From Eutreptiella sp. 'Long Island Sound 2002' (taxonomy: Eukaryota > Protista > Euglenida), in NCBI GenBank assembly GCA_964036045.1, contig OZ038378.1, forward strand, positions 177,816,001-177,880,000: a stretch of DNA of 64,000 bases, read 5' to 3'. The notes beneath the pieces are model-generated. The model had not been told where the DNA came from. It searched no databases and saw nothing but the letters and a program-made list of their open reading frames with translations. The first letter of the stretch is position 1. The number at the start of each line of letters is the position of its first letter. The position numbers and the translations under genes were made by a program. Below, in pieces: positions 48,001-62,092 of this stretch.

Positions 48001-51000
48001 GAAAGAGCGTTACAAATGTCAAGCTTGTTCTGCCCGACATAAGTGCGTTGGAAGATGTTGGTGTGGGGCACCCTCTTTGGTAGCAGAGGCGGGTTGCGGC
48101 AACAGGCAGAGGGAAAATGTCATTGGAGGAAAAGGTGTTAGACATGCGGAGAGGGTCCGGGATCTCGGACAACTGCCTAGTGCACCACAGGCACTCATGA
48201 ATACCCGTTCAAACGGCCATCATGTTAAGGCTCAGGTGCAGCATCCCAGTAAATTCCGAACAAATGGTGTCGCTTGAACTTGCTGTTGGCTCTACTTCCG
48301 ATGAGCCCTGTAATCTCTGAGGTTTGAATCCGGTGCAATACAGCGCAGGGCGACAGTACAACAACGAAAAAGGGTTGTTATCCTGGTGCCTCCAAATCCA
48401 TGGCAAAAAAAAAGGGCAGTCAGAAGGGGTGTCCGGCTTTGGACACGCTCTCTTTTGGGTGCCAATGTAATGGGCAAACCGGTCGTTGTGCGTGCTACAG
48501 AAGGGTATCTATCATTCTGACCTCTGGGTGCCTACACAAACGTGTGCAGACACAATGCATCGTTCCCTTGTCCGCTGTGGCAAAATTCAAGGTAATTGCT
48601 TAAATTTTGCTTGGCCATAAAGCGACGGTGGTCGTCACCCTTCAGAATTGAATTGAGCTTGCACAGGGGAGGGGGGGGGGGGGTGAGGATTCAGCAGATG
48701 GGTGCGTGTGTAGCATAAGAGGTCAGGGAAAACAGGGAAAACAATTTTTATATAGGGAGACATGCATGGGTCAGACGGTGTAGCATAAGAGGTCAGCCGA
48801 AGCATGCCCCAAGTGCAGGCCCCAAGGCCATTAGCAAAATGGACATTGCTAAACATTACAGGCCTACAATATTATCGTTTTTTCAGTATACAGATCCAAA
48901 TAGGGTGGAAAGATGAACAGCGTCCTGTACTGTTCTGGTTACGCGATACATGATGGGTTTAATTGCAGGTATCACTTAAGACAAGCTGAATGCCTTACGG
49001 AGAGGGACAGTCTTGTCTTATTCGCGAGACACCATACAAGAGTGCTTACACATCCACAATCGAATTTCGTTCTGTTTCAGCTCAGACTTACATGTACATT
49101 GTGAGTGCTGCGTTGTCAGACCGGAGTTCGATGTCAGGTAAGAACATAGTTGGTCCTGCATGCGTGGTTGAGGTCGGGGGAGACAAATGCAAAGCATACA
49201 AAGACTGCGAGGTATAACACGCTCAGTTTACTCATCTGCTCCTTGTTTGCCTGCCCCTCTGTCAGGCCAACTCACATGCGGATGCACAGCTTCCTGGTCA
49301 GGAATACTATACCATCCCTCAGTTATAGTTGCATTGCCTTTGTAACATCTTAGCCCTAGATTGCAGGCAGATGGTGTCAGCTGTGTAGTGGTGAAGTTGG
49401 TTGGCCTGCACGTCATCTTGGTCTTGTTGCCTGCTGGTAACTGCCAAGCATCCAGGGTTTGTCGTCCATGGCCTTCGTTTTTTTTCTTACGGCGCTTGCG
49501 CCGTGAATTTTTTACAAATGTTTCATGACCCCATGAAGAGGGACCTGCAATCCTGTTGAGTGGGAAAAACGCACAGGGGGCACAGCACCACTGGGACACC
49601 TGTGCACAGTGCACCCCAAGCACCCAAGATTCCTCCTCATGGTGTCTTTTGTCTTCCCCCAAAGGAGCTCCATTCGCCTGCCCTCCTCCTTCTCGGTCTT
49701 GGCAACTGTGCCTGCACCTGTATATCTCTATACCTCTACATCTCTGTTTGCATGCGTGCGTGTGTGCGTTTGTAAGGGAGGGGGGGGGGCAATTTTATAG
49801 AGGGAAACTCGCATGGGTCAGACGGCCCCCGCCGTCGCCTGTGGCGCCTTCAAAAAGCAGGTGTTTGTGGGAGGGGGAGAACCAAGTTAAGGGGGGCACA
49901 GGTCTTTTTTAAGGTCCTGGACGCTAATGCGAAGGGGAAGGGAGCGCATTAGCGCCTGAAGCCTACCCTAGCCCACCCCCGCCCCACCTGGCATATCGCA
50001 GCGCCACAGAAAGACCGGGGCCGCGGCATCATATTAGGGAGGGCCGGCGTCTTTTAAAGTCCTGGACATTCATGGGCCCAATGGCGGCTGAGGTGTTACT
50101 GGGTTGGCATTACCCTAGCCTGCAGCCCAGCACGATGGAAAGACTGGGGCCTCCCGGTCAAGTTAACTCACCTGACGCCTGCCTGTACGCTCCGGCCAGC
50201 GCCCTGGGGTTCCCCCCATGTGCCGAGGTTAAGGAGGGCATGGGCCTTTCAAAGGTCTTGGATGCTAATGCGAAGGAACGGAAGGGGACCATATTCAAGA
50301 CGCCATATTAAGGAGGGACACCAGCATGGGTCAGCCCTCAAGCGGGATCACTGGCCGTGCTGGGTCTGGCAGCCAAGCTGACCAGAAGGCCCAGACCCCT
50401 CGACTGGGCCCCTCACCTTGTGTGCTTTGTGGGGGAAAACCATATCAAGGAAGGCACTAGGCTGTTGGGGTCGAGGACGATGGTGCAGTTGGGGGTTAGT
50501 CGCAGGGCAAATGAAGCGTTTGACCTCTGCTCCGGCCCTCTTGGTCAGCCCCAGCAGGCGTGGCGGGACAGCACCATATGAAGGAGGGACACCAGCATGG
50601 CCCAGCGGGGTCAGTACTCACACGAGACCACTGCCATACTGGCTCTGGCAGCCAGGTTGCTAGAAATGTGTGTTTTGTATTCCAGCAAAAGGTGCACAAG
50701 GACGAAGAAAGACAAACTGAGGCGCTCTTACACATGGGTTCTGATCCCGTCGTGAAAAGAGGAGTAGGCTTTAAGGGTTATTCGAAGCATAAGCATCACT
50801 CCATTCAGCTCATACCAGAAAGTGCGCCGGTGGTGGCTGCGGAAGTGAGCTCGTGGAAACAAGAAGCCGCATCCTCCACTCTAGGTCGGCGATCTTGATG
50901 CGTTTGCAGTAGCTGAGGGAGGGGGAATTGCAACAGCTTGTGATCCATCTACAATTCGACCCCAAGGCATTTGCAATGGAGCTGCGCCTGCTATATAGGG

Positions 51001-54000
51001 GGGGCCTACCCAGCCTAGCCACACAGCTAGCCACCACATGGAAAAGCGCTGCGAGAGCGCCCAGCGAAAATTTTGGCCATCCGAAGTATGGGAATATCGT
51101 TGCACTGTGCGGGCACTGCGTGCATATTTGGGTAAAATCCACCAGATATGCATCATCCCCATCCAGAGCAAACTGATGTTGCAATGAATTTCCGTCCACG
51201 TGAGGCCTGTGGATTGGGTCATCCTTGTGTTATGGGCTCCAACCCTCAAACAACACATGCACTGGCCAGGGTACCACTGTTCCTTGGGCATTGTGGAAAA
51301 GGCCCAAAACCAGGATTCAGGTCAATGCCGACATACAAAACGTTGCACTGCACACTGCGTAACCAGCATTCCCTGTGAATGGTGGGCAAGGCCCTGAGGA
51401 CACTGATGGTACCTGACGGCCCGCGGCTTCTGGGCAGCTCAAATCATCTGAGAGAAAGGCAGCAGGCAAGGGGAGGAAGGTCAAAGCTCGCAGACTGGAC
51501 CACTCGAGTCACACCCCTTCCCAAGCGCTCATGTCATATGTTGTGTGTTGGGCGTGGTTTGCTGGCCGGTTGGTGCACCTTGGGGCAATAGCGTTGCGTG
51601 CGGTTTGATCCTGGAGGTGCGTACATGAGACTGCCACATGACTCCCCCACCCCATTCCCCATCGTATATAATGGGTTAACATACCACCGCCCCATTCCCC
51701 ACAAAAAAAAAGGCGACGTCGAAGTCAGCGCGCATATGTTTTTTTTTTGGCTCAGACCAAGATGAGCTGGCGTAGCCTGCTCACTTCACAGTACTCGAGG
51801 TGACCCCTCGGGATCAAGGTTCAGAGCTGTCAGCGCGCATATGTGTGTTTCCCCGTCGCCTGCCACAGGTGACAGCGATCCATGGCGTCAATTACACAAA
51901 TGTGACGATGACACAGCGTCGTCTGGTAGCGGCTTCGCATTGCTCGCATACCCCTAATCTTTGGGAGTGTTTATTCTGCCCTTCCGTTTCTCCTGTTTTG
52001 GTTGTGATGGGGTAACACCCCAAGGCATGCACTCACGGCTTTTCCTACAAAAGATTGGTGGCAACAAATGTGCTGGCTCAAACAGGCGGTGGCCAGCATT
52101 ACGAGTGCAGTTGTGTCAATGTCGTCTCAACATCGAAAGAGCGTTACAAATGTCAAGCTTGTTCTGCCCGACATAAGTGCGTTGGAAGATGTTGGTGTGG
52201 AGCACCCTCTTTGGTAGCAGAGGCGGGTTGCGGCAACAGGCAGAGGGAAAATGTCATTGGAGGAAAAGGTGTTAGACATGCGGAGAGGGTCCGGGATCTC
52301 GGACAACTGCCTAGTGCACCACAGGCACTCATGAATACCCGTTCAAACGGCCATCATGTTAAGGCTCAGGTGCAGCATCCCAGTAAATTCCGAACAAATG
52401 GTGTCGCTTGAACTTGCTGTTGGCTCTACTTCCGATGAGCCCTGTAATCTCTGAGGTTTGAATCCGGTGCAATACAGTGCAGGGCGACAGTACAACAACG
52501 AAAAAGGGTTGTTATCCTGGTGCCTCCAAATCCATGGCAAAAAAAAAGGGCAGTCAGAAGGGGTGTCCGGCTTTGGACACGCTCTCTTTTGGGTGCCAAT
52601 GTAATGGGCAAACCGGTCGTTGTGCGTGCTACAGAAGGATATCTATCATTCTGACCTCTGGGTGCCTACACAAACGTGTGCAGACACAATGCATCGTTCC
52701 CTTGTCCGCTGTGGCAAAATTCAAGGTAATTGCTTAAATTTTGCTTGGCCATAAAGCGACGGTGGTCGTCACCCTTCAGAATTGAATTGAGCTTGCACAG
52801 AGGAGGGGGGGGGGGTGAGGATTCAGCAGATGGGTGCGTGTGTAGCATAAGAGGTCAGGGAAAACAGGGAAAACAATTTTTATATAGGGAGACATGCATG
52901 GGTCAGACGGTGTAGCATAAGAGGTCAGCCGAAGCATGCCCCAAGTGCAGGCCCCAAGGCCATTAGCAAAATGGACATTGCTAAACGTTACAGGCCTACA
53001 ATATTATCGTTTTTTCAGTATACAGATCCAAATAGGGTGGAAAGATGAACAGCGTCCTGTACTGTTCTGGTTACGCGATACATGATGGGTTTAATTGCAG
53101 GTATCACTTAAGACAAGCTGAATGCCTTACGGAGAGGGACAGTCTTGTCTTATTCGCGAGACACCATACAAGAGTGCTTACACATCCACAATCGAATTTC
53201 GTTCTGTTTCAGCTCAGACTTACATGTACATTGTGAGTGCTGCGTTGTCAGACCGGAGTTCGATGTCAGGTAAGAACATAGTTGGTCCTGCATGCGTGGT
53301 TGAGGTCGGGGGAGACAAATGCAAAGCATACAAAGACTGCGAGGTATAACACGCTCAGTTTACTCATCTGCTCCTTGTTTGCCTGCCCCTCTGTCAGGCC
53401 AACTCACATGCGGATGCACAGCTTCCTGGTCAGGAATACTATACCATCCCTCAGTTATAGTTGCATTGCCTTTGTAACATCTTAGCCCTAGATTGCAGGC
53501 AGATGGTGTCAGCTGTGTAGTGGTGAAGTTGGTTGGCCTGCACGTCATCTTGGTCTTGTTGCCTGCTGGTAACTGCCAAGCATCCAGGGTTTGTCGTCCA
53601 TGGCCTTCGTTTTTTTTCTTACGGCGCTTGCGCCGTGAATTTTTTACAAATGTTTCATGACCCCATGAAGAGGGACCTGCAATCCTGTTGAGTGGGAAAA
53701 ACGCACAGGGGGCACAGCACCACTGGGACACCTGTGCACAGTGCACCCCAAGCACCCAAGATTCCTCCTCATGGTGTCTTTTGTCTTCCCCCAAAGGAGC
53801 TCCATTCGCCTGCCCTCCTCCTTCTCGGTCTTGGCAACTGTGCCTGCACCTGTATATCTCTATACCTCTACATCTCTGTTTGCATGCGTGCGTGTGTGCG
53901 TTTGTAAGGGAGGGGGGGGGGGGCAATTTTATAGAGGGAAACTCGCATGGGTCAGACGGCCCCCGCCGTCGCCTGTGGCGCCTTCAAAAAGCAGGTGTTT

Positions 54001-57000
54001 GTGGGAGGGGGAGAACCAAGTTAAGGGGGGCACAGGTCTTTTTTAAGGTCCTGGGCGCTAATGCGAAGGGGAAGGGAGCGCATTAGCGCCTGAAGCCTAC
54101 CCTAGCCCACCCCCGCCCCACCTGGCATATCGCAGCGCCACAGAAAGACCGGGGCCGCGGCATCATATTAGGGAGGGCCGGCGTCTTTTAAAGTCCTGGA
54201 CATTCATGGGCCCAATGGCGGCTGAGGTGTTACTGGGTTGGCATTACCCTAGCCTGCAGCCCAGCACGATGGAAAGACTGGGGCCTCCCGGTCAAGTTAA
54301 CTCACCTGACGCCTGCCTGTACGCTCCGGCCAGCGCCCTGGGGTTCCCCCCATGTGCCGAGGTTAAGGAGGGCATGGGCCTTTCAAAGGTCTTGGATGCT
54401 AATGCGAAGGAACGGAAGGGGACCATATTCAAGACGCCATATTAAGGAGGGACACCAGCATGGGTCAGCCCTCAAGCGGGATCACTGGCCGTGCTGGGTC
54501 TGGCAGCCAAGCTGACCAGAAGGCCCAGACCCCTCGACTGGGCCCCTCACCTTGTGTGCTTTGTGGGGGAAAACCATATCAAGGAAGGCACTAGGCTGTT
54601 GGGGTCGAGGACGATGGTGCAGTTGGGGGTTAGTCGCAGGGCAAATGAAGCGTTTGACCTCTGCTCCGGCCCTCTTGGTCAGCCCCAGCAGGCGTGGCGG
54701 GACAGCACCATATGAAGGAGGGACACCAGCATGGCCCAGCGGGGTCAGTACTCACACGAGACCACTGCCATACTGGCTCTGGCAGCCAGGTTGCTAGAAA
54801 TGTGTGTTTTGTATTCCAGCAAAAGGTGCACAAGGACGAAGAAAGACAAACTGAGGCGCTCTTACACATGGGTTCTGATCCCGTCGTGAAAAGAGAAGTA
54901 GGCTTTAAGGGTTATTCGAAGCATAAGCATCACTCCATTCAGCTCATACCAGAAAGTGCGCCGGTGGTGGCTGCGGAAGTGAGCTCGTGGAAACAAGAAG
55001 CCGCATCCTCCACTCTAGGTCGGCGATCTTGATGCGTTTGCAGTAGCTGAGGGAGGGGGAATTGCAGCAGCTTGTGATCCATCTACAATTCGACCCCAAG
55101 GCATTTGCAATGGAGCTGCGCCTGCTATATAGGGGGGGTTTACCCAGCCTAGCCACACAGCTAGCCACCACATGGAAAAGCGCTGCGAGAGCGCCCAGCG
55201 AAAATTTTGGCCATCCGAAGTATGGGAATATCGTTGCACTGTGCGGGCACTGCGTGCATATTTGGGTAAAATCCACCAGATATGCATCATCCCCATCCAG
55301 AGCAAACTGATGTTGCAATGAATTTCCGTCCACGTGAGGCCTGTGGATTGGGTCATCCTTGTGTTATGGGCTCCAACCCTCAAACAACACATGCACTGGC
55401 CAGGGTACCACTGTTCCTTGGGCATTGTGGAAAAGGCCCAAAACCAGGATTCAGGTCAATGCCGACATACAAAACGTTGCACTGCACACTGCGTAACCAG
55501 CATTCCCTGTGAATGGTGGGCAAGGCCCTGAGGACACTGATGGTACCTGACGGCCCGCGGCTTCTGGGCAGCTCAAATCATCTGAGAGAAAGGCAGCAGG
55601 CAAGGGGAGGAAGGTCAAAGCTCGCAGACTGGACCACTCGAGTCACACCCCTTCCCAAGCGCTCATGTCATATGTTGTGTGTTGGGCGTGGTTTGCTGGC
55701 CGGTTGGTGCACCTTGGGGCAATAGCGTTGCGTGCGGTTTGATCCTGGAGGTGCGTACATGAGACTGCCACATGACTCCCCCACCCCATTCCCCATCGTA
55801 TATAATGGGTTAACATACCACCGCCCCATTCCCCACAAAAAAAAAGGCGACGTCGAAGTCAGCGCGCATATGTTTTTTTTTTGGCTCAGACCAAGATGAG
55901 CTGGCGTAGCCTGCTCACTTCACAGTACTCGAGGTGACCCCTCGGGATCAAGGTTCAGAGCTGTCAGCGCGCATATGTGTGTTTCCCCGTCGCCTGCCAC
56001 AGGTGACAGCGATCCATGGCGTCAATTACACAAATGTGACGATGACACAGCGTCGTCTGGTAGCGGCTTCGCATTGCTCGCATACCCCTAATCTTTGGGA
56101 GTGTTTATTCTGCCCTTCCGTTTCTCCTGTTTTGGTTGTGATGGGGTAACACCCCAAGGCATGCACTCACGGCTTTTCCTACAAAAGATTGGTGGCAACA
56201 AATGTGCTGGCTCAAACAGGCGGTGGCCAGCATTACGAGTGCAGTTGTGTCAATGTCGTCTCAACATCGAAAGAGCGTTACAAATGTCAAGCTTGTTCTG
56301 CCCGACATAAGTGCGTTGGAAGATGTTGGTGTGGAGCACCCTCTTTGGTAGCAGAGGCGGGTTGCGGCAACAGGCAGAGGGAAAATGTCATTGGAGGAAA
56401 AGGTGTTAGACATGCGGAGAGGGTCCGGGATCTCGGACAACTGCCTAGTGCACCACAGGCACTCATGAATACCCGTTCAAACGGCCATCATGTTAAGGCT
56501 CAGGTGCAGCATCCCAGTAAATTCCGAACAAATGGTGTCGCTTGAACTTGCTGTTGGCTCTACTTCCGATGAGCCCTGTAATCTCTGAGGTTTGAATCCG
56601 GTGCAATACAGCGCAGGGCGACAGTACAACAACGAAAAAGGGTTGTTATCCTGGTGCCTCCAAATCCATGGCAAAAAAAAAGGGCAGTCAGAAGGGGTGT
56701 CCGGCTTTGGACACGCTCTCTTTTGGGTGCCAATGTAATGGGCAAACCGGTCGTTGTGCGTGCTACAGAAGGATATCTATCATTCTGACCTCTGGGTGCC
56801 TACACAAACGTGTGCAGACACAATGCATCGTTCCCTTGTCCGCTGTGGCAAAATTCAAGGTAATTGCTTAAATTTTGCTTGGCCATAAAGCGACGGTGGT
56901 CGTCACCCTTCAGAATTGAATTGAGCTTGCACAGGGGAGGGGGGGGGGGGGTGAGGATTCAGCAGATGGGTGCGTGTGTAGCATAAGAGGTCAGGGAAAA

Positions 57001-60000
57001 CAGGGAAAACAATTTTTATATAGGGAGACATGCATGGGTCAGACGGTGTAGCATAAGAGGTCAGCCGAAGCATGCCCCAAGTGCAGGCCCCAAGGCCATT
57101 AGCAAAATGGACATTGCTAAACATTACAGGCCTACAATATTATCGTTTTTTCAGTATACAGATCCAAATAGGGTGGAAAGATGAACAGCGTCCTGTACTG
57201 TTCTGGTTACGCGATACATGATGGGTTTAATTGCAGGTATCACTTAAGACAAGCTGAATGCCTTACGGAGAGGGACAGTCTTGTCTTATTCGCGAGACAC
57301 CATACAAGAGTGCTTACACATCCACAATCGAATTTCGTTCTGTTTCAGCTCAGACTTACATGTACATTGTGAGTGCTGCGTTGTCAGACCGGAGTTCGAT
57401 GTCAGGTAAGAACATAGTTGGTCCTGCATGCGTGGTTGAGGTCGGGGGAGACAAATGCAAAGCATACAAAGACTGCGAGGTATAACACGCTCAGTTTACT
57501 CATCTGCTCCTTGTTTGCCTGCCCCTCTGTCAGGCCAACTCACATGCGGATGCACAGCTTCCTGGTCAGGAATACTATACCATCCCTCAGTTATAGTTGC
57601 ATTGCCTTTGTAACATCTTAGCCCTAGATTGCAGGCAGATGGTGTCAGCTGTGTAGTGGTGAAGTTGGTTGGCCTGCACGTCATCTTGGTCTTGTTGCCT
57701 GCTGGTAACTGCCAAGCATCCAGGGTTTGTCGTCCATGGCCTTCGTTTTTTTTCTTACGGCGCTTGCGCCGTGAATTTTTTACAAATGTTTCATGACCCC
57801 ATGAAGAGGGACCTGCAATCCTGTTGAGTGGGAAAAACGCACAGGGGGCACAGCACCACTGGGACACCTGTGCACAGTGCACCCCAAGCACCCAAGATTC
57901 CTCCTCATGGTGTCTTTTGTCTTCCCCCAAAGGAGCTCCATTCGCCTGCCCTCCTCCTTCTCGGTCTTGGCAACTGTGCCTGCACCTGTATATCTCTATA
58001 CCTCTACATCTCTGTTTGCATGCGTGCGTGTGTGCGTTTGTAAGGGAGGGGGGGGGGCAATTTTATAGAGGGAAACTCGCATGGGTCAGACGGCCCCCGC
58101 CGTCGCCTGTGGCGCCTTCAAAAAGCAGGTGTTTGTGGGAGGGGGAGAACCAAGTTAAGGGGGGCACAGGTCTTTTTTAAGGTCCTGGACGCTAATGCGA
58201 AGGGGAAGGGAGCGCATTAGCGCCTGAAGCCTACCCTAGCCCACCCCCGCCCCACCTGGCATATCGCAGCGCCACAGAAAGACCGGGGCCGCGGCATCAT
58301 ATTAGGGAGGGCCGGCGTCTTTTAAAGTCCTGGACATTCATGGGCCCAATGGCGGCTGAGGTGTTACTGGGTTGGCATTACCCTAGCCTGCAGCCCAGCA
58401 CGATGGAAAGACTGGGGCCTCCCGGTCAAGTTAACTCACCTGACGCCTGCCTGTACGCTCCGGCCAGCGCCCTGGGGTTCCCCCCATGTGCCGAGGTTAA
58501 GGAGGGCATGGGCCTTTCAAAGGTCTTGGATGCTAATGCGAAGGAACGGAAGGGGACCATATTCAAGACGCCATATTAAGGAGGGACACCAGCATGGGTC
58601 AGCCCTCAAGCGGGATCACTGGCCGTGCTGGGTCTGGCAGCCAAGCTGACCAGAAGGCCCAGACCCCTCGACTGGGCCCCTCACCTTGTGTGCTTTGTGG
58701 GGGAAAACCATATCAAGGAAGGCACTAGGCTGTTGGGGTCGAGGACGATGGTGCAGTTGGGGGTTAGTCGCAGGGCAAATGAAGCGTTTGACCTCTGCTC
58801 CGGCCCTCTTGGTCAGCCCCAGCAGGCGTGGCGGGACAGCACCATATGAAGGAGGGACACCAGCATGGCCCAGCGGGGTCAGTACTCACACGAGACCACT
58901 GCCATACTGGCTCTGGCAGCCAGGTTGCTAGAAATGTGTGTTTTGTATTCCAGCAAAAGGTGCACAAGGACGAAGAAAGACAAACTGAGGCGCTCTTACA
59001 CATGGGTTCTGATCCCGTCGTGAAAAGAGAAGTAGGCTTTAAGGGTTATTCGAAGCATAAGCATCACTCCATTCAGCTCATACCAGAAAGTGCGCCGGTG
59101 GTGGCTGCGGAAGTGAGCTCGTGGAAACAAGAAGCCGCATCCTCCACTCTAGGTCGGCGATCTTGATGCGTTTGCAGTAGCTGAGGGAGGGGGAATTGCA
59201 GCAGCTTGTGATCCATCTACAATTCGACCCCAAGGCATTTGCAATGGAGCTGCGCCTGCTATATAGGGGGGGCCTACCCAGCCTAGCCACACAGCTAGCC
59301 ACCACATGGAAAAGCGCTGCGAGAGCGCCCAGCGAAAATTTTGGCCATCCGAAGTATGGGAATATCGTTGCACTGTGCGGGCACTGCGTGCATATTTGGG
59401 TAAAATCCACCAGATATGCATCATCCCCATCCAGAGCAAACTGATGTTGCAATGAATTTCCGTCCACGTGAGGCCTGTGGATTGGGTCATCCTTGTGTTA
59501 TGGGCTCCAACCCTCAAACAACACATGCACTGGCCAGGGTACCACTGTTCCTTGGGCATTGTGGAAAAGGCCCAAAACCAGGATTCAGGTCAATGCCGAC
59601 ATACAAAACGTTGCACTGCACACTGCGTAACCAGCATTCCCTGTGAATGGTGGGCAAGGCCCTGAGGACACTGATGGTACCTGACGGCCCGCGGCTTCTG
59701 GGCAGCTCAAATCATCTGAGAGAAAGGCAGCAGGCAAGGGGAGGAAGGTCAAAGCTCGCAGACTGGACCACTCGAGTCACACCCCTTCCCAAGCGCTCAT
59801 GTCATATGTTGTGTGTTGGGCGTGGTTTGCTGGCCGGTTGGTGCACCTTGGGGCAATAGCGTTGCGTGCGGTTTGATCCTGGAGGTGCGTACATGAGACT
59901 GCCACATGACTCCCCCACCCCATTCCCCATCGTATATAATGGGTTAACATACCACCGCCCCATTCCCCACAAAAAAAAAGGCGACGTCGAAGTCAGCGCG

Positions 60001-60860
60001 CATATGTTTTTTTTTTGGCTCAGACCAAGATGAGCTGGCGTAGCCTGCTCACTTCACAGTACTCGAGGTGACCCCTCGGGATCAAGGTTCAGAGCTGTCA
60101 GCGCGCATATGTGTGTTTCCCCGTCGCCTGCCACAGGTGACAGCGATCCATGGCGTCAATTACACAAATGTGACGATGACACAGCGTCGTCTGGTAGCGG
60201 CTTCGCATTGCTCGCATACCCCTAATCTTTGGGAGTGTTTATTCTGCCCTTCCGTTTCTCCTGTTTTGGTTGTGATGGGGTAACACCCCAAGGCATGCAC
60301 TCACGGCTTTTCCTACAAAAGATTGGTGGCAACAAATGTGCTGGCTCAAACAGGCGGTGGCCAGCATTACGAGTGCAGTTGTGTCAATGTCGTCTCAACA
60401 TCGAAAGAGCGTTACAAATGTCAAGCTTGTTCTGCCCGACATAAGTGCGTTGGAAGATGTTGGTGTGGAGCACCCTCTTTGGTAGCAGAGGCGGGTTGCG
60501 GCAACAGGCAGAGGGAAAATGTCATTGGAGGAAAAGGTGTTAGACATGCGGAGAGGGTCCGGGATCTCGGACAACTGCCTAGTGCACCACAGGCACTCAT
60601 GAATACCCGTTCAAACGGCCATCATGTTAAGGCTCAGGTGCAGCATCCCAGTAAATTCCGAACAAATGGTGTCGCTTGAACTTGCTGTTGGCTCTACTTC
60701 CGATGAGCCCTGTAATCTCTGAGGTTTGAATCCGGTGCAATACAGCGCAGGGCGACAGTACAACAACGAAAAAGGGTTGTTATCCTGGTGCCTCCAAATC
60801 CATGGCAAAAAAAAAGGGCAGTCAGAAGGGGTGTCCGGCTTTGGACACGCTCTGTTTTGG
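36054..60860. repeat. Tandem array of six near-identical ~4134-bp units (starts at 36054, 40187, 44323, 48457, 52591, 56725)
   Basis: ORF track repeats with a 4133-4136 period; unit starts GGGTGCCAATGTAATGG and ends GGACACGCTCT(C/G)TTTTGG; differences are SNPs and homopolymer lengths. Confidence 0.98.
39320..39440 (-). mobile_element. Retroposed ~80-nt structured RNA or SINE with poly(A) and a 16-bp TSD (present in all six units)
   Basis: GTCAGCGCGCATATGT at 39320-39335 and 39425-39440; T-run at 39335-39344; body 39345-39424. Confidence 0.7.
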
Positions 60861-61364
60861 ACAAGGCAAGGAGGGTGGCTCATGCTGCTACCGATACAGT
60901 CGTGTCTGAGACACCAGCGAACACGATCCTCTTTCCGCCGGATATGTGCACAACCGGGTACAGTCGGCGACCGTCACACCACAACGCATATCCGGCGGCC
61001 AGATGGAAAATTTTGGATACCTGGATACCGGGTGTGCTGGGTTAAGGAAAGAGTCAACATATCGCGGGGACACACCCAACTCCTGCCATCGGCGCTTGAA
61101 AGGGCGCGGGGAAAGAGAGTCGATGGAAGGGGTTTGGGACTCGTGGGCTTAGTCGGACAATCCCCTCATGCTAAACAGAAAGACATCGACAGCTGAAGAA
61201 TATGCATTGTTCTGACCGCTGGCTTGTAAAGACACGCACGATTGCGAAGCACAGCACAACAAAAGTGGCTGAGTGTGAATCCTCGTCAGTTGGAGTCCAA
61301 CAAAAGACATGTCCAACGCCAATAGGCGCCTTTCTGTAGGAAGCAAGCGCCAGCAGATGCCCAT

Positions 61365-61473
<109 letters not shown>

Positions 61474-62046
61474 GCCTCGTTCCCTTGTCCGCTGTAGCAA
61501 ACCTAAAGCTAATTGCTTGACTTTAGGATGCCTAGATGTAGGCCAATTGCTTAAATTTAGGGGGAGCAATCAATTCACCATGCGCTGAAGTACCCGGAAC
61601 ATGCAGAGCAATGTTCAACTTGCATGCCAGCCCTGCTTTCAGCAGTTCAAGCGAAATCGAAATATGCTGCCGACACAAAACCGAACATGGTACGTAAGGC
61701 CTCAACGTTAGACCCCTTCCGGTGCTATGCTACACGGTTTTTTAGCCACATGTAGAGTTGACTGACTGCTTAATTTTCCCGGCGGGGGGGGGGGGAGGAT
61801 CTTTTTTACTGTGACGCATCCTGCATCGAGGTGAGCTGTGGAGTGTGCACTTCGGTCAGATGTCAGGTGTCAAGATACATAGTTGAGGCTCAGGTTTGCA
61901 CAGGGTGAGTCATGTCCCTAGGTGGCCTGGGGGCTCGTCACCCACTGCCCATTTGATTTGGCATCTGCATGTGTACCCAATGAGCATCACTCCATTGGCC
62001 TTTACGGTTATCGAGAGAATGGATAATTTTGCAGGCAGCATTGCAG

Positions 62047-62092
62047 GGAGAGGGAGAGAGAGAGAGAGAGAGGGAGAGAGAGAGACAGAGAG
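62047..62092. repeat. (GA)n microsatellite
   Basis: GGAGAGGGAGAGAGAGAGAGAGAGAGAGGGAGAGAGAGAGACAGAG. Confidence 0.9.

Noticed and set aside
36054-60860. rDNA, 5S, spliced-leader, U snRNA, histone or CRISPR array as the explanation for the tandem repeat
   Set aside because: No diagnostic sequence of these families found on either strand; unit-length repeats without spacers are not CRISPR-like
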